This document shows positions 44,174 to 53,446 of a stretch of DNA of 64,000 nt, piece by piece. Location: positions 120,305 through 184,304 of the forward strand of contig JAKSMI010000002.1 of assembly GCA_024400635.1 (NCBI GenBank). Reading direction: 5' to 3'. Below the pieces are notes generated by a model. The model ran no database searches, was not told the origin of the DNA, and was given only the letters and a program-made list of their open reading frames with translations. The first letter of the stretch is position 1. Each line of letters begins with the position of its first letter. Origin of the DNA: Bacteroidales bacterium. GTDB taxonomy: Bacteria > Bacteroidota > Bacteroidia > Bacteroidales > WCHB1-69. Both the position numbers and the translations under genes were made by a program.

Positions 44174-45860
44174 ATTTTCGTCTCCATAACTTCTTCTCTC
44201 CAAAAACTATTTTGTCTGCTTTTCGTAGAGACGTTAGCAAGTTACCTATCTTGGATACTTTCTGTTTGTCAGTTAAAGCTTCGGGTAATTTCGTCATCAA
44301 CAGCGTATCAATTTCAGGACGACTCATTGTCACATGTTGATCCAATGCTTTTAGGATAAGATCCTTGTAGTAATTATCATCGAATCCCTTGTTACGAGTG
44401 TATTCCGCTTTTTGACCTGTAGCTTTGGCCACACTCTTGGCAAAAAACAATGCATTCTTTCGACCTTCAATCAGTTTGCGCTTTCTCAAGTAAGCAATTT
44501 CCTCATCACTTAGTGGACGATTGGTTTGTAACCTGCTCAACATTTCAATGTCAAGCAAAGTCAGTGTTTTGTCTCTGGTCAAGAGCATGGCATAGTCAAT
44601 GTCCACCACTTTGCCGATAATCGTCACTTTAACCCTATCGTCACTAAATTCATAATCAGGCATAGGGAATAAGCGTTCGCGTTGTTTGTTAAACATCCGT
44701 CTGATACCGCTGCCAATCGTATCCACCATGCCCAATTCCACCATTGCTGTTGCCAGAAACCTGTTACGATAATGTTCCTCAGGAGCATCGTTTATCAACA
44801 CATTCTTAATGCTGTTGGGAATGAAAGTCCCCAAATTGGTAAAGATCAGTCGGTCTTCTTCCTCTATTACGTTAATCATTCCATAACGTCCATAGTCCTG
44901 ATGAGCTATGGCATTATTTAATGCTTCCCGAATGATAAAAGGGTCGTATGTATCCAGCTCGTCTGGCACTAGCGAAAGAAGTTCTGGATTCATATATCTG
45001 TACTTCCAGTTGCGTATTTTCCTGTAAACCGTATTAGCTGCAATAACAAACGGACATGTTTCAATGGAGAAATCTTTCTCTTCACCGTTGGAATCCTTGT
45101 ATATCCATCTGATACGTGCAACAGCTGGCGAAATAAAATGTTCGCTCTCGGTGCGTCCCAACAATAATATTGCGGTATTGGTTATCTGGCCTTGTTTGGT
45201 TATCTTTGCTTTGTTCAGAAACCTCACATCATCCCACGATTTCATCTCCACTATCAGGTCTTCGTGTTTCTTGGCGTACATCTTGCGAGCTTCTTTGATG
45301 GCATCGGGATCAAGATCGTCAAATGTGGCATCTTTTACGATTTCGGCACTCCAGTCTTTCTGTGAGTTGTATATTTGGCGAACATAGTCTGGAAAATCTT
45401 TGAGTTTCGTCAGATTGCTTCCAACCCTCACATAAGCAGCTCCCTTGAAATTTACAGGTTCTCCTGCCGCAGCCTGTATCTCGAAAATAACAATGTGTTT
45501 GTCTTCGTACTCGAACTCCTCTATTTCAAAGGGGGTAATGGGCGAACAGTTTTTTCTAAGCCATAGTTCATAATCCTGATTGCCATATTTAGCTGTCGGC
45601 ATTCTCAGATTAGTTCCAACCACATTCCATGTCCCATCCTCCACTCCTAGAACCAAATAACCGTGTGATTTGTATTTCAAGCAGGCTGAATTGGAAAGAC
45701 CAGAGATGTAGTTTCCAACCCCCTCATACGTAACGCTGCATCGAGACTCGCCAATATTAGTCTTAAACTCCATCCATTCCGTTTCTCCAGCACTTTGGCG
45801 TTGGCGAGCCTGTGCCAACAGATCCTCCAACAGTATATATTGTTCTTCAATTGTTTTCAT
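44172..45860 (-). CDS. AlbA_2/Schlafen-like DNA-binding domain protein with a GHKL-type ATPase-like region and C-terminal wHTH (often annotated RecG-like or putative transcriptional regulator)
   Basis: 562 aa and a paralogue of 55175-56845. Shared blocks include FLNKAKIT..G.IT.TA.LLLG, ARIRW, REALNNAIAHQDY and RMFNKQRERLFPMPDY. The family call is from recall. Confidence 0.65.
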   Translation of the reverse strand: MKTIEEQYILLEDLLAQARQRQSAGETEWMEFKTNIGESRCSVTYEGVGNYISGLSNSACLKYKSHGYLVLGVEDGTWNVVGTNLRMPTAKYGNQDYELWLRKNCSPITPFEIEEFEYEDKHIVIFEIQAAAGEPVNFKGAAYVRVGSNLTKLKDFPDYVRQIYNSQKDWSAEIVKDATFDDLDPDAIKEARKMYAKKHEDLIVEMKSWDDVRFLNKAKITKQGQITNTAILLLGRTESEHFISPAVARIRWIYKDSNGEEKDFSIETCPFVIAANTVYRKIRNWKYRYMNPELLSLVPDELDTYDPFIIREALNNAIAHQDYGRYGMINVIEEEDRLIFTNLGTFIPNSIKNVLINDAPEEHYRNRFLATAMVELGMVDTIGSGIRRMFNKQRERLFPMPDYEFSDDRVKVTIIGKVVDIDYAMLLTRDKTLTLLDIEMLSRLQTNRPLSDEEIAYLRKRKLIEGRKNALFFAKSVAKATGQKAEYTRNKGFDDNYYKDLILKALDQHVTMSRPEIDTLLMTKLPEALTDKQKVSKIGNLLTSLRKADKIVFGEKKLWRRK

Positions 45861-45990
45861 ATAAGCTATCTTCGTTCAAATTCATTCTACAAATAATAGA
45901 AAATTTCAATTTGCAAAAGTACACAATTTCCGCCAATCAAGCTTTGTGCGGAATTCTCAACCGACTCTATATGCCTGCCCACTCCAATGG

Positions 45991-46302
45991 TTAATCCCCG
46001 AAATCACATAAGTCGTCTATAAGATCAAAATCATCCTCCATCATGTCTCTCGTCTGTGCTGGATCCCGATAGTAAACGGCTACGCGTTCCAAAGGCAATT
46101 CCACTCCGAACAATGAAGCCCACGAATGGATTTGATCAAGCACCTCCACGCCGTCGAAGTTATTGGAATCAACCAGACATTGCACACAGAACCTGCCGTC
46201 TTCTTCTATCACTTCAATGGATACGTTTGTTGGCTCCCCGTTAAGAACCATTTTAGTTTCAAGTTCGTTTCTTTTTGCCTTTGTTTCAATACTAGTGGCC
46301 AT
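45991..46302 (-). CDS. Acidic hypothetical protein (~103 aa)
   Basis: An ORF between the integrase and the AlbA_2-like gene. The start is taken at the ATG at 46302 (MATSIETKAK). The C-terminus is MMEDDFDLIDDLCDFGD. Confidence 0.45.
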   Translation of the reverse strand: MATSIETKAKRNELETKMVLNGEPTNVSIEVIEEDGRFCVQCLVDSNNFDGVEVLDQIHSWASLFGVELPLERVAVYYRDPAQTRDMMEDDFDLIDDLCDFGD

Positions 46303-46365
46303 ATTTTTGTTGTTTATATTATTGGTTTTGTTGTTAAATGTCGCAAAACAGGTCAAGAGTACTCT

Positions 46366-47628
46366 CTACATCACCTCTTTGTAGAGTTGTTCTTTTATTG
46401 CTTTGCTCTGCATCATTGCACTTGTCCGTAACGAGTTAATGTATCCTTGCGTGGTTGTGGGGTTGGCGTGTCCCATATCCATTTGTATATCCATTAGAGA
46501 CCTCCCATTCTCACACTGAAAACTCGCATAAGTATGCCTTGCCTGCGCCATAGTGGTGTGCGGTAATCCGAGTTCTTCGGTGACCATACGGAGTCCCATA
46601 TTGGCACGGTAGTTAATATCGTTGATTCTGTCGTTAATTTGTCTCTCTGTATGAGTGTTAGCAAGAAAGGGGAAGATGTAGTCGTTAGGGCACGACTTAT
46701 TCACGCTCCCATATTTCGTGATGAGTTGCATCCCCAAGTCTGTAGGATAGATCGAAACGGGTATCGCGTGGCGTTTTGTTTTGTGTCTAACAAACTCGAT
46801 TTTCCACCCCACTTCCGTCAGACTAATGTTTTTGTTCTTGAGGCGCAAGATGTCACTCAAGTAATGTCCGTTGAGGTCAAATGATAGAACAAAAAAGTCT
46901 CTGCCAAATTGCGCCTTCTCATCAGAACTTCTGTATGCAAGTATTTGCTGGAGGCTATGAACCGTCAAGCCGTAATTAACCTTCCTTGTTGAAGTGAGTG
47001 AAAACTTCTTAAACGGGCGTTTGTCCTCAATGTATCCTTTCTCTACCGCGTAATTATAGACCGCCCTTATGCTCCTAAAATACATATTGACGGTGTTTTG
47101 CGAAATATCAGGTCTGTAGCGGTGCATAAAGGTGTCCAGCCGCGATAGCATTTCTCCCGTGATTTCATCCAATGTGATTCTGTCCTTGAACTTCACTATC
47201 CAATTCAAAGCAGTGTGATATGCTGATATGGTTCTGTCCGATAGTGGTCGAGTTCTATTGGCGTCTGACAAGTACTCTGCAAAAATAGTTCGCATATCGT
47301 AGGCACTGGAAGTTTCTCCGCGAATCATCTTTTTATAGTCTCGGTAGAATGATTCAAAACTAAACGAGTCTCCGAGTTTTCCTATTATCTCAATAGCGGC
47401 GTTGTAGTCAGCGCGAATCTCCTCATAAGCCTCCTTGTACTTCTTGAGGTGCTTGTTCTGGAACTCCGCCGCCGTTAATTGTATTGTGCTATTGGTTGCG
47501 AAATAGCGGGGGATCCGATTATATGTGATCCGCAACTCAAGTGTGCGTTTGTCACTAATTGGTTCGGACATTGTTTTACTCCTCCTGTGATTTCGCACTA
47601 TTTCAACGGCTGGTTTTTTCATACTCAA
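46366..47628 (-). CDS. Tyrosine recombinase / integrase (second, distinct from the one at 31972)
   Basis: The catalytic region is ARHTYASFQCENGRSLMDIQMDMGHANPTTTQGYI. It is adjacent to attR and transcribed into the island. Confidence 0.85.
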   Translation of the reverse strand: MSMKKPAVEIVRNHRRSKTMSEPISDKRTLELRITYNRIPRYFATNSTIQLTAAEFQNKHLKKYKEAYEEIRADYNAAIEIIGKLGDSFSFESFYRDYKKMIRGETSSAYDMRTIFAEYLSDANRTRPLSDRTISAYHTALNWIVKFKDRITLDEITGEMLSRLDTFMHRYRPDISQNTVNMYFRSIRAVYNYAVEKGYIEDKRPFKKFSLTSTRKVNYGLTVHSLQQILAYRSSDEKAQFGRDFFVLSFDLNGHYLSDILRLKNKNISLTEVGWKIEFVRHKTKRHAIPVSIYPTDLGMQLITKYGSVNKSCPNDYIFPFLANTHTERQINDRINDINYRANMGLRMVTEELGLPHTTMAQARHTYASFQCENGRSLMDIQMDMGHANPTTTQGYINSLRTSAMMQSKAIKEQLYKEVM

Positions 47629-47721
47629 AATTTTTCCCTCTTTATAGTAATATAATAAAAAAAATTATAATTTTGCGCCACAATCAAAAAAAGTAATGAA
47701 AGTGTTGTCAACATATATGGT

Positions 47722-47744
47722 ATGGACTAACAAATGGACTAACA
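47722..47744 (+). repeat. Two direct 11-nt repeats (ATGGACTAACA) near attR, candidate arm-type sites
   Basis: ATGGACTAACA occurs at 47722-47732 and 47734-47744, between the integrase start and the att repeat. Confidence 0.5.
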
Positions 47745-47859
47745 TTTGCCACAATCTTCACTAAACAAACAAAAACGTTTTTGTCATAATATACTGATTT
47801 TCTGGCTATTATTAGTGTCTTGCGAAAATAAAAAAAACTATGAAAAAAAACATAACATA

Positions 47860-47955
47860 ACTGTTAATCAGAGGGTCCTAGGTTCAAGTCCTAGAGGGAG
47901 CGCAACCACAAAGCACCAATTCTCAATGAATTAGGTGCTTTTTTTGTTGCCTTCC
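47860..47955 (+). repeat. Direct repeat 2 (attR-like): displaced 3' half of tRNA-Asn plus terminator
   Basis: See repeat 1. It lacks the 5' half of the tRNA, so it is not a functional tRNA gene. Confidence 0.9.
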
Positions 47956-48067
47956 CCGAAGTATCATGTTTTTTTAATTTGATTTACGAACAATCTACTT
48001 GGTTTTTCTGTTGATGCATTCAATGAAGAAAGCGTGAAAATTAAAAGTGTTATTTGCGTGTTTTTTC

Positions 48068-48075
48068 TATATTTG
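48068..48075 (+). promoter_or_regulatory. Bacteroidota -7 promoter box (TAtaTTTG) upstream of hsdM
   Basis: TATATTTG lies 28 nt upstream of the hsdM ATG. Confidence 0.45.
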
Positions 48076-48102
48076 CATTTCGTAATTTTATAATAATATT
48101 CA

Positions 48103-49653
48103 ATGACTAAAGAACAAGAACGTGCGGAACTGCACCGTGCTATATGGCAAATTGCTAACGACCTGCGTGGCAGCGTGGACGGCTGGGATTTCAAGGCATA
48201 CGTCTTGGGTATGCTGTTCTACCGATTCATTTCTGAAAACCTTACCGAATACATTAACAAGGGCGAGCACGAAGCAGGCAATCCCGACTTCAACTATGCC
48301 GAGCTTGATGACGCACAAGCGGAGTATGGTCGTGAGGATACCGTCAAGGAGAAAGGTTTCTACATTCTGCCGAGCGAGTTGTTCGTGAATGTCCGCAAGC
48401 AAGCCAAGAATGATGAGAACCTTAACGAGACTTTGGCAAAGGTTTTTGATAACATTGAGAAATCTGCTATCGGTACGGAATCCGAAGATGACCTGCGTGG
48501 TTTGTTCGATGACATTGATGTCAATTCCAACAAACTGGGTGCCACGGTTGCCAAACGGAATGAGAAGTTGGTGAAGATTTTGGATGCCATTGGCGATTTG
48601 AAGTTGGGTCGTGTTGAGGACAACACCAACGATTTGTTCGGCGATGCCTACGAATACCTTATGACGATGTATGCCAGCAGTGCAGGTAAGAGCGGTGGCG
48701 AGTTTTACACACCGCAGGAGGTTTCGGAGCTGTTGGCGAAGATTACCTTGGTCGGAAGGAAAGAAGTGAACAAGGTTTATGACCCTGCCTGCGGTAGCGG
48801 TTCCCTGTTGTTGAAGTTTGCCAAGGTGTTGGGTAAGGAAAAGGTGCGTCAAGGATTCTATGGTCAAGAGATAAACATTAGCACCTACAATCTGTGCCGA
48901 ATCAATATGTTCCTGCACAATATCAACTATGAGAAGTTTGACATTGCCCACGGCGATACCTTGCTGGAGCCGAAGCATTGGGATGATGAACCCTTTGACT
49001 GCATTGTTTCCAACCCGCCTTATAGCATTAAGTGGGCTGGCGATGACAATCCGTTGCTGATTAACGATGAGCGATTCTTACCCGCAGGGGTGTTGGCTCC
49101 AAAAAGCAAAGCGGACTTGGCTTTCACGATGCATATGCTGGCGTGGTTATCTACAAGCGGAACGGCTGCAATCGTTGAGTTCCCTGGCGTGTTGTATCGT
49201 GGCGGTGCGGAACAAAAAATCAGAAAGTATCTCATTGACAACAACTATGTGGACACCGTGTTCCAGCTGCCACCTGATTTGTTTTTCGGTACAAGCATTG
49301 CCACCTGCATTATCGTTTTGAAGAAGTCTAAAAAAGACAACAGCATTCTGTTCGTGGATGGCAGTGCTGAGTTTGTTCACGAAGGAAATAAGAACAAACT
49401 TTCGCAGGCGAACATTGACAAACTGCTGAACGCATTTAAGGAGCGCAAGGACGTTGACCATTTCTGCAAGTTGGTATCTTGCGAAGATGTGGTGGCCAAC
49501 GACTGCAACCTTTCCGTCAGCAGTTATGTGGAGCAAGAGGACACACGAGAGGAAATCAATATAGTGGAGTTGAACCGCAGCATTGCTGAAATCGTTGCCC
49601 GCCAACAAGTGCTGCGGACGGAAATTGACAAGATAGTTGCGGATTTGGAATAA
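48103..49653 (+). CDS. hsdM: Type I restriction-modification system methyltransferase subunit
   Basis: SAM motif DPACGSGSLL, catalytic motif NPPYSIKW, and an HsdM N-terminal domain. Confidence 0.92.
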   Translation: MTKEQERAELHRAIWQIANDLRGSVDGWDFKAYVLGMLFYRFISENLTEYINKGEHEAGNPDFNYAELDDAQAEYGREDTVKEKGFYILPSELFVNVRKQAKNDENLNETLAKVFDNIEKSAIGTESEDDLRGLFDDIDVNSNKLGATVAKRNEKLVKILDAIGDLKLGRVEDNTNDLFGDAYEYLMTMYASSAGKSGGEFYTPQEVSELLAKITLVGRKEVNKVYDPACGSGSLLLKFAKVLGKEKVRQGFYGQEINISTYNLCRINMFLHNINYEKFDIAHGDTLLEPKHWDDEPFDCIVSNPPYSIKWAGDDNPLLINDERFLPAGVLAPKSKADLAFTMHMLAWLSTSGTAAIVEFPGVLYRGGAEQKIRKYLIDNNYVDTVFQLPPDLFFGTSIATCIIVLKKSKKDNSILFVDGSAEFVHEGNKNKLSQANIDKLLNAFKERKDVDHFCKLVSCEDVVANDCNLSVSSYVEQEDTREEINIVELNRSIAEIVARQQVLRTEIDKIVADLE

Positions 49654-49654
49654 T

Positions 49655-49682
49655 GTAGAATTTAGAATTTAGAATGTAGAAT
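49655..49682 (+). repeat. Heptamer array (GTAGAAT TTAGAAT TTAGAAT GTAGAAT) directly after the hsdM stop
   Basis: Four tandem 7-nt units start 2 nt after the stop codon. Confidence 0.85.
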
Positions 49683-49712
49683 GTTTTACTACAACAGAAG
49701 GAGGGCTGACGT

Positions 49713-50588
49713 ATGAGCAAGATTTCGTTTAGGTTTTATAAAGACCGTGAGGTAAGAGCCGTGTGGGATGACACTACCAGTAAGTGGTTCTTTTCTGTTC
49801 TTGATGTGCTTGGTGCTATCAATGAGCAGGATGACCATACCAAGACAAGGAACTACTGGAAATATCTCAAAAACAAATTGAAGAAGGAAGGTTCTGAGCT
49901 GGTTAGTATCACTACCCAACTGAAGTTAAAGGCTGCTGATGGCAAAAGATACAACACTGATGTGCTGGATGCTTATGGTATTGAAGAATTAGCCAAGAAT
50001 ATTCCCAATAGTAAGGCGATGGAGTTTCTTGACTGGCTTACCTATAGCGACAACACTATCGACGGGAAAAGCAAGAAGAAGGCATACGAGTTGTGGGGAA
50101 GTGGAATGCTGGCGACTCTTGAAGTCGGCACAACCAAAGCACTTCAGCAGATACACGCGTACATCTTTGGCGGCTTGTATGACTTTGCCGGCCAGATTCG
50201 AACAAAGACTATCTCCAAGGGTGGCTTTACCTTCTGTTTGGCTCAATACCTGCCACAACAATTGGACATTATTGAAAAGATGCCCGAAGCAAGCATAGAT
50301 GACATCTTCAACAAATATGTAGAGATGAATGTTGCTCACCCCTTCATGGAGGGTAATGGCAGAAGCACCCGGATATGGCTCGACCTCATGCTGAAAGCAA
50401 GAGTTGCTAAATGTATTGACTGGAGTCAGATAAACAAGAATGACTATCTGCAAGCAATGACACAGAGTGTTGCAGATGCCACTTTCGTCAAGCAGTTGCT
50501 CACTAATGCTCTCACCGACAACATCAACAGCCGCGAGCTCTTTATGAAGGGCATCGATTATTCATATTATTATGAACAGGAGGACTAA
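49713..50588 (+). CDS. Fic/DOC-family protein with an N-terminal Bro-N-like DNA-binding domain
   Basis: Fic motif HPFMEGNGRSTRIW. The N-terminal REVRAVWDDTTSKWFFSVLDVLGAI resembles Bro-N domains. Confidence 0.8.
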   Translation: MSKISFRFYKDREVRAVWDDTTSKWFFSVLDVLGAINEQDDHTKTRNYWKYLKNKLKKEGSELVSITTQLKLKAADGKRYNTDVLDAYGIEELAKNIPNSKAMEFLDWLTYSDNTIDGKSKKKAYELWGSGMLATLEVGTTKALQQIHAYIFGGLYDFAGQIRTKTISKGGFTFCLAQYLPQQLDIIEKMPEASIDDIFNKYVEMNVAHPFMEGNGRSTRIWLDLMLKARVAKCIDWSQINKNDYLQAMTQSVADATFVKQLLTNALTDNINSRELFMKGIDYSYYYEQED

Positions 50589-50590
50589 CA

Positions 50591-51730
50591 ATGAAAAAGA
50601 TTGATAAACCGACGAACGAAGTGAGCGCAGTGCGTACATTGCGATATGTTTGCACGCCTGATTTGGTGAACGATGTCAAGCAGATTATCGGCGAAGCACA
50701 ACGCTTTGCCTACAATGCCGTGAACGTCGCCTTGGTGCAACGCAACTGGCTGTTAGGCAAGCGCATTGCCGAAGAAGAACTGAAAGGAGAAGACCGTGCC
50801 GAATATGGTGCTGCGGTGATTAAGAATCTTTCGACAGAACTGACAGCGGAATATGGCAAAGGGTTTTCGGAACGGAATTTATGGAAATACAAGCAATTTT
50901 ACTTGATGTTCAAGAACTTACCGATAGTGCCGACAGTGTCGGCACTATCGGATGCGCAAAAACTGCCGACAGTGTCGGCACAATTCCAGCAACTGAGCTG
51001 GAGCCACTACGAAAGACTTATGCGTGTCGCAAATGAAGAAGAACGTAATTGGTATTTAAAGGAAACTATCGAACAAATGTGGTCTTACCGAACGCTTGAC
51101 CGCAACATTTCCACACTTTACTACAGACGTTTGCTTTCCTCGTCAGATAAAACGCCGGTAACGGATGAGATGCGGAAGAAAACGGCAGACTTTCAGAACA
51201 ATAAATTTGATTTCATAAAGAATCCCTCCGTGCTCGAATTTTTGGGGCTGCCTGCTAATAAGGTATATACAGAAACAGCATTGGAGCAGGCTATTATTAA
51301 CCAAATGCAATCGTTCCTTCTTGAACTTGGCAAGGGGTTTTCTTTCGTGGCACGCCAACAACTTATACGTACCGACACCCAGAATTTCTTTATCGACTTA
51401 GTGTTTTACAATTATATTCTAAAATGTTTTGTAATTGTAGAACTGAAAAATCACGCACTGACCCACCAGGATATTGGGCAGTTGGATATGTATGTGCGGA
51501 TGTATGATGATTTAAAAAAACGTACCGACGACAATCCGACCATTGGAATTTTGCTATGTACCGAAACCGACAAAACCATTGCCAGATATTCGGTATTGAA
51601 TGAGAACAAACAACTTTTCGCTTCTAAGTACATTGACTATTTGCCAACGGAAAAAGAATTGGAGGAAGAGATAGAACGGCAAAGAATGTTGTTTGACCTA
51701 CAAGCACACCATTACGAACTGGAGGACTAA
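50591..51730 (+). CDS. YhcG-like PD-(D/E)XK nuclease (DUF1016 family), copy 1
   Basis: The C-terminal FIDLVFYNYILKCFVIVELK block (D...E-x-K) and the overall pattern are shared with copy 2. Confidence 0.75.
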   Translation: MKKIDKPTNEVSAVRTLRYVCTPDLVNDVKQIIGEAQRFAYNAVNVALVQRNWLLGKRIAEEELKGEDRAEYGAAVIKNLSTELTAEYGKGFSERNLWKYKQFYLMFKNLPIVPTVSALSDAQKLPTVSAQFQQLSWSHYERLMRVANEEERNWYLKETIEQMWSYRTLDRNISTLYYRRLLSSSDKTPVTDEMRKKTADFQNNKFDFIKNPSVLEFLGLPANKVYTETALEQAIINQMQSFLLELGKGFSFVARQQLIRTDTQNFFIDLVFYNYILKCFVIVELKNHALTHQDIGQLDMYVRMYDDLKKRTDDNPTIGILLCTETDKTIARYSVLNENKQLFASKYIDYLPTEKELEEEIERQRMLFDLQAHHYELED

Positions 51731-51732
51731 CA

Positions 51733-52821
51733 ATGAACAAGATTGATAAACCGACGAACGAAGCCAGAGTGACAGCCGTGTACGATAATGCCGCTGTGGG
51801 AATACATAGTTGCATTGAAGACATCAGACAGATAATAGACAGTGGGCGAAAGGCGGCATACCTTTCCGTCAATGCCGTAATGGTTCAAACCTATTGGAAC
51901 ATTGGCAGGCGTATCGTGGAAGAAGAACAGAATGGAAAAGAACGAGCGGACTATGGCGAATTTTTGATCACCACGCTTGCGGATAGTTTGACACACACAT
52001 TTGGAAATACGTTTAGTAAAAGAAATTTGCAGTATTTTAGAAAATTCTATCAGTTGTTTCCTGATTTTGAGATTGTGAACACGCGTGTTCACAATCTGAC
52101 ATGGTCGCATTATCGGCGACTACTCACAGTGCACGAGTCAGACGCCCGATATTGGTATCTGAACGAAGCCAACGAACAGATGTGGAGCGTACGCACTTTG
52201 GACAGGAATGTCTCGACACAATATTACCATCGTCTTATGCAGTCGCCCAAGAAAGAAAAGGTGATTGCAGAGATGCAGCAGAAGACAGCAGATTTTCAGA
52301 AAAACAAGTACGAACTCATCAAAAGTCCCGTCGTTGCCGAATTCCTTGGTTTCAGTTCTACCGATTACAGCGAAACGGATTTGGAAAAGGCCATCATCAC
52401 ACATCTTCGTGATTTCTTGATGGAACTGGGACGCGGTTTTGCATTCGTGGCGCGACAACAGCATATCGTTACCGAAACCGATGATTATTTTATCGACCTC
52501 GTGTTCTACAATATCGAACTGAAATGCTACGTCCTGATTGATTTGAAAATCGGGAAAATCACGCACCAAGACGTCGGACAGATGGATATGTATGTGCGTA
52601 TGTATGATGATCTTAAACGGAAAAACGACGACAATCCCACAATCGGCATCGTGCTGTGCTCAGAAACAGATAAGGATATTGCAAGATATTCTATTCTTCA
52701 CGATTCAAATCAGATTTTTATGGCTAAATATATGCCATATCTGCCCTCCGAAGACGAACTCCGTGCCGAAATAGAAACGCAGAAACAAATGTTTTACCTG
52801 CAACAAAAAGAAAGACAATAA
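51733..52821 (+). CDS. YhcG-like PD-(D/E)XK nuclease (DUF1016 family), copy 2
   Basis: FIDLVFYNIELKCYVLIDLK, with long conserved blocks shared with copy 1 (for example QDxGQxDMYVRMYDDLK..DDNPTIGI.LC.ETDK.IARYS.L). Confidence 0.75.
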   Translation: MNKIDKPTNEARVTAVYDNAAVGIHSCIEDIRQIIDSGRKAAYLSVNAVMVQTYWNIGRRIVEEEQNGKERADYGEFLITTLADSLTHTFGNTFSKRNLQYFRKFYQLFPDFEIVNTRVHNLTWSHYRRLLTVHESDARYWYLNEANEQMWSVRTLDRNVSTQYYHRLMQSPKKEKVIAEMQQKTADFQKNKYELIKSPVVAEFLGFSSTDYSETDLEKAIITHLRDFLMELGRGFAFVARQQHIVTETDDYFIDLVFYNIELKCYVLIDLKIGKITHQDVGQMDMYVRMYDDLKRKNDDNPTIGIVLCSETDKDIARYSILHDSNQIFMAKYMPYLPSEDELRAEIETQKQMFYLQQKERQ

Positions 52822-52852
52822 TATAATGTAGAACTTTTACAATAACTTGATT

Positions 52853-53325
52853 ATGGATAAGCTAAAAATCACTCGGTATAAAGAATCATTTGATGCGATT
52901 GCAAACTATATAGAAAACGAGCAGAAAGACCAAGTTGAAATCTGGTTTGCCCGCGAATTGCAAACTGTATTGGGATATGCCAGATGGGAAAATTTCGTTG
53001 TGGCGATAAATAGAGCCATCGAGTCGTGTAAAACAATGAATATCAATGTAGAAGACCATTTTCGTGAGGTCACGAAAATGGTCGCTTTAGGAAGCGGTTC
53101 GCAACGGGAAATTTCAGATTTCATGCTCACTCGTTTTGCCTGCTACCTGATTGCACAAAACGGAGACCCGAAAAAATGCTGGGTAAACGTGGAATAAAAC
53201 CCGAAGAACTGCCGCCAGCCGAAGACATAAAGAAAATGGAACGCAAGGCTGCAGGTGATGAGAAGAAAATTGAACAATCAACGAAAAAACTGCCTAAAAC
53301 AGATGCGAATGATGAGCAAGATTGA
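52853..53325 (+). pseudogene. dinD-like (DNA-damage-inducible protein D) gene with an internal deletion or frameshift
   Basis: The N-terminal 115 aa (WFARELQTVLGYARWENF...LTRFACYLIAQNGDPKK) match DinD. The frame then breaks at about 53185. A C-terminal-like segment (GKRGIKPEELPPAEDIKKMERK...) continues in another frame to about 53325, and the middle of the protein is missing. Confidence 0.6.
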
Positions 53326-53446
53326 TAAACCGATGAAACTGGGCGTGATTTTTATTTGACGGTTATTTGATATATGACAGAATGTAAATCTTAACAGGTT
53401 GATTTTCAATATATTTTTATTTGATGACTATTTGATGATTTAGGTT

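Larger units (their letters stand above)
31773..47955. mobile_element. Integrated genomic island (~16 kb) in the 3' half of tRNA-Asn, with two tyrosine integrases
   Basis: Bounded by the ~95-nt direct repeats. Integrase genes face inward at both ends. The cargo is nucleases, an ATPase, a channel and unknowns, with patchy base composition. I recognised no relaxase or conjugation genes. Confidence 0.8.

Noticed and set aside
44147-44359. 70-aa plus-strand ORF covering the last 11-bp repeat unit and the inverted copy
   Set aside because: It is an artefact of the repeat array and is antisense to the AlbA_2-like gene end.
47860-47905. Second tRNA-Asn-like sequence as a tRNA gene
   Set aside because: Only the anticodon loop to the 3' end is present. 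There is no 5' acceptor strand or D arm, so it is the displaced att half-site.
48100-48978. 292-aa minus-strand ORF
   Set aside because: It is antisense to hsdM, whose motifs (DPACGSGSLL, NPPYSIKW) clearly define the coding strand.
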